DNA from: Alphaproteobacteria bacterium
GTDB taxonomy: Bacteria; Pseudomonadota; Alphaproteobacteria; UBA8317
Reading direction: 5' to 3'
Length of the DNA: 58,239 bases
Assembly: GCA_038131935.1 (NCBI GenBank)
Contig: JAYPQH010000014.1
Coordinates: 1-58,239, forward strand
Below the pieces are notes generated by a model. The model saw nothing but the letters and a program-made list of their open reading frames with translations, had not been told where the DNA came from and ran no database searches. Shown here one piece after another: positions 39,589 to 51,656 of this stretch (the first letter of the stretch is position 1; every line of letters starts with the position of its first letter). The position numbers were made by a program, and so were the translations under genes.

Positions 39589-40605
39589 TTAGAGCGGCAA
39601 CTTTGCATGCTCTTGGGCTGCACGGGCAGCGGCTTTACGGTCTGCATCTGGAAGAGGAATCAAACCAATTTCGACAAGGTATCCATCAGGACCCCATGTG
39701 CTTTCAGCGGTGAATTCACGAACATATTCACTGATGCCAGGTACAGCACCAATATGCTGGTTTTTCACATAGAACTGTAGTGAGCGTGACACGCCATACT
39801 TACCTGATGCAATATTTTCGAATGTTGGTTCTACACCTTCAACTGTTGCACCTTGGATCTTGTCTGAATTTTCTTCAAGAAATGAGAAACCAAAGATACC
39901 GAATGCAGCAGGGTTGGCATCGAGCTTTTGAACAATCAAGTTGTCGTTTTCACCAGCATCAATGTAAGCGCCATCTTCACGGATCTTTTTACCAGCAGCA
40001 CTTGCAGCTTTCTTGTCCATGAACGCACGACCACCTTTTTGCATGACGAGTTCTACGAATGCGTCACGTGTACCAGATGTTGGAGGTGGGCCAAGTACTT
40101 CAATTTTAGAAGCTGGAAGAGCTGGGTTGATTTCGTTCCAGTTCTTGTAAGGGTTAGCAATCATCTTGCCGCCTTTTTTACCACCTTCAGGAACCTCTGC
40201 AGCAAGTGCGAGGAACAATTCAGCCTTGCTGATGTCAATCTTTGGGCCGTTCTTTGAGTTGGCAAATGCAATACCATCATAACCGATAACGACTTCGGTA
40301 ATATCTGTTACACCATTTTTCGCGCAAAGCTTCTTTTCTTTGTCTTTAATCTTACGTGAAGCGTTGGTAATGTCTGGTGTATCAACACCTACACCTGCAC
40401 AGAACAGCTTCATGCCACCGCCAGAACCTGTTGATTCAATTACAGGTGTCTTGAATCCACTTGTACGGCCAAATGTTTCTGCAACCTTTGTTGCAAATGG
40501 GAAAACCGTTGATGAACCAACGATACGGATTTGGTCGCGAGCTTCCGCAACGCCAGCAATACCAGCTGCCACGATAGCTGCGATACCGAGAGATTTTACG
40601 ATCAT
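39589..40605 (-). CDS. pstS: Phosphate ABC transporter substrate-binding protein
   Basis: Signal peptide, RDQIRIVGSSTVFPF, ESTGSGGG, NASR, GPPPTSGTRDAF and SRSLQFY. ATG at 40605 follows GGAGAAG (alternative GTG at 40617). Confidence 0.96.
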   Translation of the reverse strand: MIVKSLGIAAIVAAGIAGVAEARDQIRIVGSSTVFPFATKVAETFGRTSGFKTPVIESTGSGGGMKLFCAGVGVDTPDITNASRKIKDKEKKLCAKNGVTDITEVVIGYDGIAFANSKNGPKIDISKAELFLALAAEVPEGGKKGGKMIANPYKNWNEINPALPASKIEVLGPPPTSGTRDAFVELVMQKGGRAFMDKKAASAAGKKIREDGAYIDAGENDNLIVQKLDANPAAFGIFGFSFLEENSDKIQGATVEGVEPTFENIASGKYGVSRSLQFYVKNQHIGAVPGISEYVREFTAESTWGPDGYLVEIGLIPLPDADRKAAARAAQEHAKLPL

Positions 40606-40660
40606 TATCTTCTCCACTTAGAAGTCGAACGATGCGAGATTACATCGCTGACCTCCGTTT

Positions 40661-40689
40661 ATGTAACAAATGTGACGGTTTTATGACAA
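40661..40689 (-). promoter_or_regulatory. Pho box (PhoB site) upstream of pstS
   Basis: Minus strand TTGTCAT-AAAA-CCGTCAC-ATTT-GTTACAT: 11-bp-period repeats matching the CTGTCAT-A/T4-CTGTCAC consensus. A degraded copy lies at ~38873-38902. Confidence 0.85.
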
Positions 40690-40716
40690 AATTGTCGAAT
40701 TTCAACAATTCATAAA

Positions 40717-42057
40717 TTAGTTGGCTTCTGACAACCTATCGACTTGATGAAACCAAACCGTAAACACACTCCCCCGACCTGGTTCAGAGCCTATCGTGAG
40801 CATACCGCCATGACGGTTGATGATATGTTTGACGATAGCAAGACCTAAACCTGTGCCCGAGCGCGCATGATCCACCCTGTAGAAACGTTCTGTAAGCCGC
40901 GGCACATCCATTCGAGCAATACCTATGCCGTCATCTGTAACCGATATACCAAACATGCCAACCCGTGGCGGCTGCACTTGTGCAATTTGCACCGTAACAG
41001 CCCCCTCATCTCGACCATATTTTATCGCATTTTCAATCAGGTTTGTAAAAACTTGGTGCAGTTGCCTTTCATCACCACGCATAAAAAGGGCTTGATCTAG
41101 TTGGCAATATATTTTGATGTTTGAACGCTCAGCTTTGTCTGACAAATGATGCGCCACTTCCTCAATAATACCTTTGAGATCAATAATATCTTCAGGGTGG
41201 CGATGTTCCTGCAACTCAACATGGGACAATGATAACAAATCAGTAATCAATTCATGCATACGGTTGGCTTGTCCCCGAGCCATATCAAAAAATTTTCTCT
41301 CTACACTGTCCTCACCAAAATCGTGAACATATGGTTCTAAAGTCTCCAAACAAGCAATTAACCCTGTAAGTGGGGTTTTTAATTCATGTGATGCATTGGC
41401 AATAAAATCCGTTCGTAGCTGACTTAATTTTAGTTCCTCGGACCTATCTTTGATAACAACAAGAATATAGAAAACTTTGCTCTTGGTTAAAAATGGACGA
41501 GCCTGGAGGCTCAACTCTCTGTCAACAGGCGCACTCACCCTGTAATCTTGCTGTATCACGCGCTCTTGACTAACCGCTTTTTCCACCGCGGCATTTGCCA
41601 ACGGATGACGCACTGCATTGCTGAATGAAACCCCAGGCAAAACTGAGGGAAACAAAGAGCGCGCCGATCTTGAGGCCATAACAATATCTAAATTTTTATC
41701 CAACAGCATGATGGCATCATGAAGGCTTTCAAAGACCTCAACATATTCATTTATTTTTAGGTCAGCACGCGTCAGCTGATGACTAAGATCTTTCTGAGAT
41801 CGCGATAGCCTTTGAAGGCGCGTGATGAATTGGCGACGATCTAGTTGTAATGCGGAGGCCGCCAAGAAAAAAAATATTACCCCAATAACCAGGGCATCCG
41901 TACTTACCACATCTTGATAAACCAAAACACAAAGCAGCAGGAATGCCAATACAAGCAACCTAGAAATGCCAAAAGGTAAGCCTCGCCAAAGAAAAAGCCA
42001 TCCCACTTGCCGCGCGATACGACGCCATTGTCTGGCTGGATTCCAAGGCAGAAGCAT
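40717..42057 (-). CDS. phoR: Phosphate-regulon sensor histidine kinase
   Basis: TM segments, PAS-like region, DFIANASHELKTPL H-box, NLIENAIKY, D.G.GI, RLTERFYRVD and GTGLGLAIVKH; adjacent to pstS. Confidence 0.9.
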   Translation of the reverse strand: MLLPWNPARQWRRIARQVGWLFLWRGLPFGISRLLVLAFLLLCVLVYQDVVSTDALVIGVIFFFLAASALQLDRRQFITRLQRLSRSQKDLSHQLTRADLKINEYVEVFESLHDAIMLLDKNLDIVMASRSARSLFPSVLPGVSFSNAVRHPLANAAVEKAVSQERVIQQDYRVSAPVDRELSLQARPFLTKSKVFYILVVIKDRSEELKLSQLRTDFIANASHELKTPLTGLIACLETLEPYVHDFGEDSVERKFFDMARGQANRMHELITDLLSLSHVELQEHRHPEDIIDLKGIIEEVAHHLSDKAERSNIKIYCQLDQALFMRGDERQLHQVFTNLIENAIKYGRDEGAVTVQIAQVQPPRVGMFGISVTDDGIGIARMDVPRLTERFYRVDHARSGTGLGLAIVKHIINRHGGMLTIGSEPGRGSVFTVWFHQVDRLSEAN

Positions 42058-42062
42058 ATTAC

Positions 42063-43352
42063 CTACCCACCATGATAGCCGCGTTCACCATGCTGTGTAA
42101 TATCAAGCCCTTCAAATTCATCTTCCTCTGAAACACGTAAAGGAGCAAATTTAGAAATAACATAGAGCAAGAACGCTGAAACACATGCTGTCCAAATGAC
42201 AACAACAAGGACAGCATAGAGTTGGACCAAGACGGACTCCATCACCACAACATCCTTAAGTGCACCACCAAGACTAGCTTGCCCTAAAATTGGCAATGCT
42301 ATGGATCCAAGAATGCCACCCACACCATGCACCGCAAAAACATCAAGAGAGTCATCAAGTTTCCAACGTCCTCTTATCAAATCAACAGCTCCATAACAGA
42401 CCAAGCCACCGGCAACGCCAAGGATAATTCCACCCATGGGTCCAATAAAACCTGATGCGGGGGTCACCGTGGCCAACCCAGCTACCATCCCTGTTACAAT
42501 GCCAATCAGTGATGGCTTTCCAAACTTCACCCATTCAACAATCATCCATGTTAGCGAAGCAGTAGCCGCAGCCAGATGGGTCACCAACATCGCAGACGCA
42601 GCTTGACCATTGGCAGCCAGTGCTGAACCGCCGTTAAATCCAAACCAACCTACCCATAGCATACTGGCACCAATCATCGTCAGAATTGGGGAATGTGGTG
42701 GTTGCACCGTCTGTGGGAAATGTCGACGGCGACCAAGCATAAGGGCAAAAACAATCGCAGCTACACCTGCGGTTGCATGAACAACAATACCACCTGCAAA
42801 ATCCATTGTTCCCATATCCGCCAAAAAGCCTCCACCCCAAACCCAGTGGGTGACAGGTGCATAAACGATCAGCAACCACGCTCCTGAGAACAACAAAACA
42901 GGCAAAAACTTAACCCGCTCAACATAGGAACCAACAACCAAAGCTGGCGTGATAATGGCAAAGGTCATCTGAAAAATTACAAACAAAAGTTCGGGTATCG
43001 ATCCAGATACAACTTCCGGACTAATGCCGCTTAGGAAGATATGTTCAAGCCCTCCAAACAAACCATGAGAGGTGGTACCAAAGGCAACACTGTATCCTAC
43101 GACGAACCACAAAACACTCGACAAACAAGCTATGGCAAAACAATGCATCAAAACGGATACGACATTACGAGGCTGCACCAAACCTGCATAAAACAGTGCA
43201 AGACCTGGGAGTGTCATGAACAAAACAAGTGCAGTTGCTGTTGCCATCCAAGCTGTATCAGCTGCATTGATGGGGTCAGCAGCGTATGCTGGTTGAAGCC
43301 CTAAAACCAAGAGAGTTGTACCCAAAGTACCTAGCCATTTCATTGCTCGCAT
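42063..43352 (-). CDS. amtB: Ammonium transporter
   Basis: DTAW, PGLALFYAG, FQMTFAIIT, DFAGG..VH, WFGFNGGS and DD.LDVFAVHG (twin-His pore). Confidence 0.96.
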   Translation of the reverse strand: MRAMKWLGTLGTTLLVLGLQPAYAADPINAADTAWMATATALVLFMTLPGLALFYAGLVQPRNVVSVLMHCFAIACLSSVLWFVVGYSVAFGTTSHGLFGGLEHIFLSGISPEVVSGSIPELLFVIFQMTFAIITPALVVGSYVERVKFLPVLLFSGAWLLIVYAPVTHWVWGGGFLADMGTMDFAGGIVVHATAGVAAIVFALMLGRRRHFPQTVQPPHSPILTMIGASMLWVGWFGFNGGSALAANGQAASAMLVTHLAAATASLTWMIVEWVKFGKPSLIGIVTGMVAGLATVTPASGFIGPMGGIILGVAGGLVCYGAVDLIRGRWKLDDSLDVFAVHGVGGILGSIALPILGQASLGGALKDVVVMESVLVQLYAVLVVVIWTACVSAFLLYVISKFAPLRVSEEDEFEGLDITQHGERGYHGG

Positions 43353-43378
43353 CCCATGTTCAAAATATGTTCATGGGA

Positions 43379-43407
43379 TAACTACAGACGCAAGCAGGTG
43401 ATGGCAA
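43379..43407 (-). promoter_or_regulatory. Candidate sigma70 promoter for amtB
   Basis: TTGCCA-N17-TAGTTA, ~27 nt upstream of the first ATG. Confidence 0.4.
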
Positions 43408-43418
43408 GCTATGTGATG

Positions 43419-43943
43419 TCAGTCAAAAATAAGATGACGCCACCGGAAACCTACAAAAAATGAAACAAGCCCCCACAATGTGAAAGCTAAATATCTTAAA
43501 TAGGGAACATATTGATAGCCACCATCCACAGCCTCTAGTGTTAGGATGTTTGGAAAAACAGAGAACAATTGCAAACGATAACCATAATAACGTAACAAGG
43601 CTGGCGTTTTATCTTGAGATTGAACCAACGAATGCGCACGTCCTTGTATATCAGCAGAGTTCACTTTGAATAAATAAAGCCAGGCATCTTCATTGCGGTA
43701 CACATATGTCTGACCATCAGAGATATTGTCAGCACTTATAAAATATACATCCCTTGTTAGCTCTTTGCCGTCGACCGTTTTTGACATGCGTTTCACATCA
43801 GTACCCACAACATGCACAATCCGGCCATTGGGCAGGGAAAAGTCTAACCAAATCGTAACAACGCCGACGAGAATAAAAAATAACGAACGTTTTAACCAAC
43901 GCCAAACGAGCATGAATCCGTCATCCTTTTTTGTTATCAACAT
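43419..43943 (-). CDS. DUF1523-family membrane-anchored protein
   Basis: N- and C-terminal TM helices with VVGTDVKR, RDVYFI, YRNED, FK.NSAD.Q and YYGYR....S.FPN. Confidence 0.75.
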   Translation of the reverse strand: MLITKKDDGFMLVWRWLKRSLFFILVGVVTIWLDFSLPNGRIVHVVGTDVKRMSKTVDGKELTRDVYFISADNISDGQTYVYRNEDAWLYLFKVNSADIQGRAHSLVQSQDKTPALLRYYGYRLQLFSVFPNILTLEAVDGGYQYVPYLRYLAFTLWGLVSFFVGFRWRHLIFD

Positions 43944-43948
43944 CGACC

Positions 43949-44419
43949 CTAACCCTCTTTATGATATGGGTGGCCAGCATGAATGGTAAGGGATCGATAC
44001 AATTGCTCTAACAACATAACACGGGCCAATTCATGTGGCCATGTAAGAGAACCAAAACATAACATTTTATGCGCCCGTTTGCGAAGACTGTCACCAAGTC
44101 CCTCTGCCCCCCCCATTACAAAATGCATGCGAACATAACCCTGGTCGTGCTGCTGGGTTAGGAATGTTGCAAATTGTTGCGAGGTTAAGACATCACCGCG
44201 TTCATCAAGGGCCACCATGTAATCTGCTTCAGGCACCTGAGCGTTAAGCCATTCGCGCTCTTTGCCTGCGCGTGCTGGTCGGATTTGCTTAACATTCAAA
44301 ACCAATGGACGCCAACCCATTTGGCGAGCTGCAAGATTATAACGTTCTAAATAATGCTTGTTCAAGACTTCCCAAGGACCTTTGGTAGCCTTGCCTATGG
44401 CATGAACCTTGATTTCCAC
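43949..44419 (-). CDS. rlmH: 23S rRNA pseudouridine-1915 N3-methyltransferase
   Basis: LDERG..LTS..FA, GGAEG, TWPHELARVMLLEQLYR and GHPYHK. Confidence 0.95.
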   Translation of the reverse strand: MEIKVHAIGKATKGPWEVLNKHYLERYNLAARQMGWRPLVLNVKQIRPARAGKEREWLNAQVPEADYMVALDERGDVLTSQQFATFLTQQHDQGYVRMHFVMGGAEGLGDSLRKRAHKMLCFGSLTWPHELARVMLLEQLYRSLTIHAGHPYHKEG

Positions 44420-44422
44420 ATC

Positions 44423-44779
44423 TCAACCTGATTGTTCAATCAACGCTGGTTCGGGGGTGATGTTATTCCACAACTTTTCCAAATTGTAGAATGTACGTAT
44501 GTCTGGCTTGAAAATATGTATAATGACATCACCTGCATCGATGAGTGCCCATTCCCCACTTTTTTCACCCTCTGTACGCACACCCTTCAACCCACTTTTT
44601 TTCAAAGTTTCGATGAGATGCTGTGACAGAGCAGCCAAATGTCGCTCTGACCTGCCTGACGCGATCACCATGTAATCGGCAATAGAGGTTTTCCCATGAA
44701 GATCAATGGAGACGATGTCCTCCGCTTTATCATCCTCTAATGAAGAGACAGCTAGATCTAATAAATCACGCGGTTCCAT
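44423..44779 (-). CDS. rsfS: Ribosome silencing factor (Iojap)
   Basis: LEDDKAEDIVSID, DYMVIASGRS.RH, W.LID.GDVI.HIF and R.FYNLEKLW. Confidence 0.95.
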   Translation of the reverse strand: MEPRDLLDLAVSSLEDDKAEDIVSIDLHGKTSIADYMVIASGRSERHLAALSQHLIETLKKSGLKGVRTEGEKSGEWALIDAGDVIIHIFKPDIRTFYNLEKLWNNITPEPALIEQSG

Positions 44780-44960
44780 ACGGAATGTATCTTTAAGGCT
44801 GGTATGGTCAGCCGCCAATTGTAAGCTCAGTTTCAACTCCTTTTTTCAATCAAAGATTGCAAGCGTTGGTCCGTAAAGTGATTCGTATGAATGCATCACA
44901 CCCTTATGGTCAATGTTAATCATAACAATTTTTTGACAAAAACAAAAAATTATTATGCGC

Positions 44961-45611
44961 TCATCGCTGAACATTCCGTAAATTTGGCCAGCGGTAGCCT
45001 TGTGAAGCAGCCTGATTACGAATTTTGGTTGATGAAACAGGATTGAGCATTGTGCGCAAATATACCCAAGATGGTGCTTTCAAAAGGGGAAGCAACTTTG
45101 CATCACGTTCATCAACACGGCTCATCCTATACCGCAAGGAAGCACGGGAGAATGCGGCTTGATGTTGGTATCCTGGCCTAGCTATAACTGCGATCGGCAC
45201 AGCTTGAAAAATTCTTGTCCAACGATCCCAGTGATGTATCGAATACAAATTATCCGCCCCCATAATCCACACGAAGTGAACTCTTGGATGCATATGTTGT
45301 AGGCGGGTAAGAGATCGCGCTGTGTACGGTGATTGTGCCAAAAGCTCAAAATCACTAACGACAATTTTAGGATGCCTTGCCACCTCCACCGCTGAAAAAA
45401 AACGGTCAGAAAATTGCTCCATTCCAACGCGTGACTTCAATGGGTTTTGTGGGGAAACCATCCAAACAACCCTATCAAGGCCCAACTTACGAAGAGCAAG
45501 TTCAGACATCTGTAAATGCCCCGAATGCGCTGGATTAAACGACCCACCTAATATGCCCACCTTCATCCCTGGCGATAGGGGAAGGCAATGATGTCCGGGA
45601 AGCATATTCAA
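44961..45611 (-). CDS. nadD: Nicotinate-nucleotide adenylyltransferase
   Basis: GGSFNPAHSGH, SPQNPLK, WIMGADN, WDRW and SST.IR. Confidence 0.95.
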   Translation of the reverse strand: MNMLPGHHCLPLSPGMKVGILGGSFNPAHSGHLQMSELALRKLGLDRVVWMVSPQNPLKSRVGMEQFSDRFFSAVEVARHPKIVVSDFELLAQSPYTARSLTRLQHMHPRVHFVWIMGADNLYSIHHWDRWTRIFQAVPIAVIARPGYQHQAAFSRASLRYRMSRVDERDAKLLPLLKAPSWVYLRTMLNPVSSTKIRNQAASQGYRWPNLRNVQR

Positions 45612-46878
45612 CGCCTTACCTGCCCATCGCCTCTAACGAGATATTTATAAGATGTCAGCTGTTCTACACCTACAGGACCGCGGGCATGGATCCGACCTGT
45701 GGCAATGCCAATTTCTGCACCAAAACCAAATTCACCGCCGTCTGCAAATTGTGTTGACGTGTTATGCATCAAGATGGCTGCATCCACTTGTTCAAAAAAA
45801 CCTGCCACCACGTCCTTATCCTCAGTGATAACAGCCTCCGTATGCCCTGTAGAATGCTTCTGAATATGTGCTATTGCCTCCGACGCATCTTCGACAATTT
45901 TGATGGAAAGAATAGGCGCCAAATATTCTGTATCCCAATCCTCTGCTGTGGCTGCGGTCATAGGAAATATCGCCTGTGATTTCTCGCATCCGCGTAATGA
46001 ACAACCTGCCTCAACAAGGCTGCGTGCAATGCGGGGTAAAAAACTTACCGCAATAGCCTCATCAATCAACAAAGTTTCTGTTGCGCCACAAATACCAGTC
46101 CTACGCATTTTTGCGTTAAAAACCACAGCCATGGCTTTATCAAAATCCGCAGATTTATCGACCCAAGTATGACAAATACCCTCAAGATGCGCGAACACGG
46201 GAACACGTGCTTCTTGTTGCACCCTTGCGACCAAACTTTTGCCGCCACGGGGAACCAATATATCGATATATTCCGACATGTCAGATAGCATATGGCCAAC
46301 TGCATCCCTATCGGTGCTATGGACAAACTGTACGGCATCAGAGGTCAATCCAGCCTGTTCAAGTCCCTCTTTGATTGCATCATAAATGGCTAAATTTGTA
46401 TGAAAGGCCTCACTACCACCGCGAAGAATAGAGGCATTTGCTGATTTGACACATAACCCTGCAGCATCTGCTGTTACATTAGGTCGACTTTCATAAATAA
46501 TACCAATAACCCCCAAAGGCACCGAAATCCTTTGGAATTGAAGCCCATTTGGTTGCGTCCACTGACCAAGATCTCGGCCAACAGGATCTGGAAGTTCCGC
46601 AATATTCCTCAAGCCGTTGACGATTTGCTCAAGACGGGTGTCATCTAAAGTTAACCGATCAACCATCGCGTCTGCTAAGCCTTTAGCACGCCCCAAATCA
46701 ACATCCTTTTGGTTCGCTTGCATGATCTTATCTTGGTGCAATCGAATGGCCATAGCCATTTTCCCAATCGCAAGATTTCGTTTTGCATGATCGGTTACAC
46801 ATAGCTCTTGCTGTGCCAGCCGTGCTTTTCGACCGATAGACTGCATGATTTCATGAATATGTTGATGAGCCATGATGT

Positions 46879-46882
<4 letters not shown>
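45608..46882 (-). CDS. proA: Gamma-glutamyl phosphate reductase
   Basis: PLGVIGIIYESRPNV, LRGGSEA, CGATETLL and NTSTQFADGGEFGFGAEIGIATG..HARGP. Confidence 0.97.
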
Positions 46883-49012
<2,130 letters not shown>

Positions 49013-49014
49013 TC

Positions 49015-49048
49015 AAAAAAAAAACCGGCGGACAAAACCACCGGCTTA
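49015..49048 (-). terminator. Intrinsic terminator after rpmA (duplicate at ~30682-30716)
   Basis: Minus-strand GCCGGTGG-ttttgt-CCGCCGGT followed by a long T-run. Confidence 0.7.
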
Positions 49049-49081
49049 TATTCATACAAAACCGAAACCACGGTTAAAGTC

Positions 49082-49336
49082 TTAGACGGTATCAACGGAC
49101 ACATAAGTACGGCGAGAGCGTCCTACTTTAAATGTAACCTTGCCAGCTGTTAAAGCAAACAGGGTATGATCTTTACCCATGCCGACATTATCCCCAGCGT
49201 GGAATTTTGTACCACGCTGGCGTACAAGGATATTCCCAGGGATTACTTGCTCTCCACCAAAACGCTTTACACCAAGTCTTTTGGCTTCTGAATCGCGACC
49301 ATTACGAGATGAACCACCAGCTTTTTTATGTGCCAT
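49082..49336 (-). CDS. rpmA: 50S ribosomal protein L27
   Basis: [16 protein letters not shown] and [10 protein letters not shown]. Confidence 0.98.
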   Translation of the reverse strand: MAHKKAGGSSRNGRDSEAKRLGVKRFGGEQVIPGNILVRQRGTKFHAGDNVGMGKDHTLFALTAGKVTFKVGRSRRTYVSVDTV

Positions 49337-49349
49337 TTCCTATTCCTTC

Positions 49350-49661
49350 TCAACCTGTAATTGCGTCGATGCGCACACGCGTCAGTTCCTGACGATGCCC
49401 GTTACGACGTCTTGAATTCTGACGACGGCGTTTCTTGAACACAATAATATGCTCGCCTCTCTCTTGACCGACAACAGTTGCTGTAACCTTCGCACCCTCG
49501 ACGAAAGGAGCCCCAACTTTACTGCCACTGTCGGAAGCAAACAAACTTACTTTATCTAGTTCAATGATGGCACCATCCTCAGCTGGTAACTTTTGCACCA
49601 AGAATTCTTGACCTTCTTGAACGAGAAGCTGCTCGGCACCAATTGTAACCACTGCATACAT
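49350..49661 (-). CDS. rplU: 50S ribosomal protein L21
   Basis: [15 protein letters not shown] and [17 protein letters not shown]. Confidence 0.97.
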   Translation of the reverse strand: MYAVVTIGAEQLLVQEGQEFLVQKLPAEDGAIIELDKVSLFASDSGSKVGAPFVEGAKVTATVVGQERGEHIIVFKKRRRQNSRRRNGHRQELTRVRIDAITG

Positions 49662-49691
49662 GGAATATCTCCAAACCAAATAGTTTAATAG

Positions 49692-49730
49692 AAAGACCGC
49701 GACTTACATGGCCGCGGCCTTTATTGTCAA
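49692..49730 (-). terminator. atp-operon terminator hairpin overlapping a candidate rplU promoter
   Basis: Minus-strand TTGACA followed by AAAGGCCGCGGC-catgtaa-GTCGCGGTCTTT (stem with G-U pairs). Confidence 0.55.
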
Positions 49731-49741
49731 GTTAATAGCTG

Positions 49742-50146
49742 TCAGGAAAGCTCCGAGAGAACCATCTCGACGGCGTCACGCTCTTCTTTTAGCGGTGCCA
49801 CCCGCGCTTCATCATCACCCGCAGCACCAATAGCTTCTGACAAATGCTCTAAGCGTGACTGCAAATGTTTCCGATCTGCGCCTGCCAACGCAATGGCACC
49901 TTCTACAACCAGCATCAGACCTTTTGCATTCACCTCAGCGAAACCACCCCGGACATGAATCTTGTCCACTTGGCCTTGGCCATTGTCAATCAACACAAAC
50001 CCTTGACTAACTGTCGTCAGAAAGGGCGCATGACCTGCCAAAACACCAAACATCCCTTCAGAACCAGGTATCGTTACCATCTGCGCCTCACCGTTTGCTA
50101 CCTCTTCGGTGGGACATACGATTGCGTATGTTAAATGGTCTGCCAT
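49742..50146 (-). CDS. atpC: F1 ATP synthase epsilon
   Basis: PG.EG.FGVLAGHAP and GGFAEV; last gene of the atp operon. Confidence 0.95.
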   Translation of the reverse strand: MADHLTYAIVCPTEEVANGEAQMVTIPGSEGMFGVLAGHAPFLTTVSQGFVLIDNGQGQVDKIHVRGGFAEVNAKGLMLVVEGAIALAGADRKHLQSRLEHLSEAIGAAGDDEARVAPLKEERDAVEMVLSELS

Positions 50147-50168
50147 TACGCGTTGTTCCCTCTAACGT

Positions 50169-51599
<1,431 letters not shown>

Positions 51600-51656
51600 T
51601 CATCCCTTTCTTCATGGCCGACTACAATCGACCGGTCATGTTAAAAACAAAATTCT

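Noticed and set aside
39083-40480. Hairpin telomere of a linear replicon (protelomerase-type end)
   Set aside because: A covalently closed end reads as a symmetric palindrome. Here there is a 1.4 kb unique spacer, the turn cuts pstC, and no telomere resolvase is visible.
43353-43418. Sigma54/NtrC promoter for amtB
   Set aside because: No TGGCAC-N5-TTGC with correct spacing on the coding strand.
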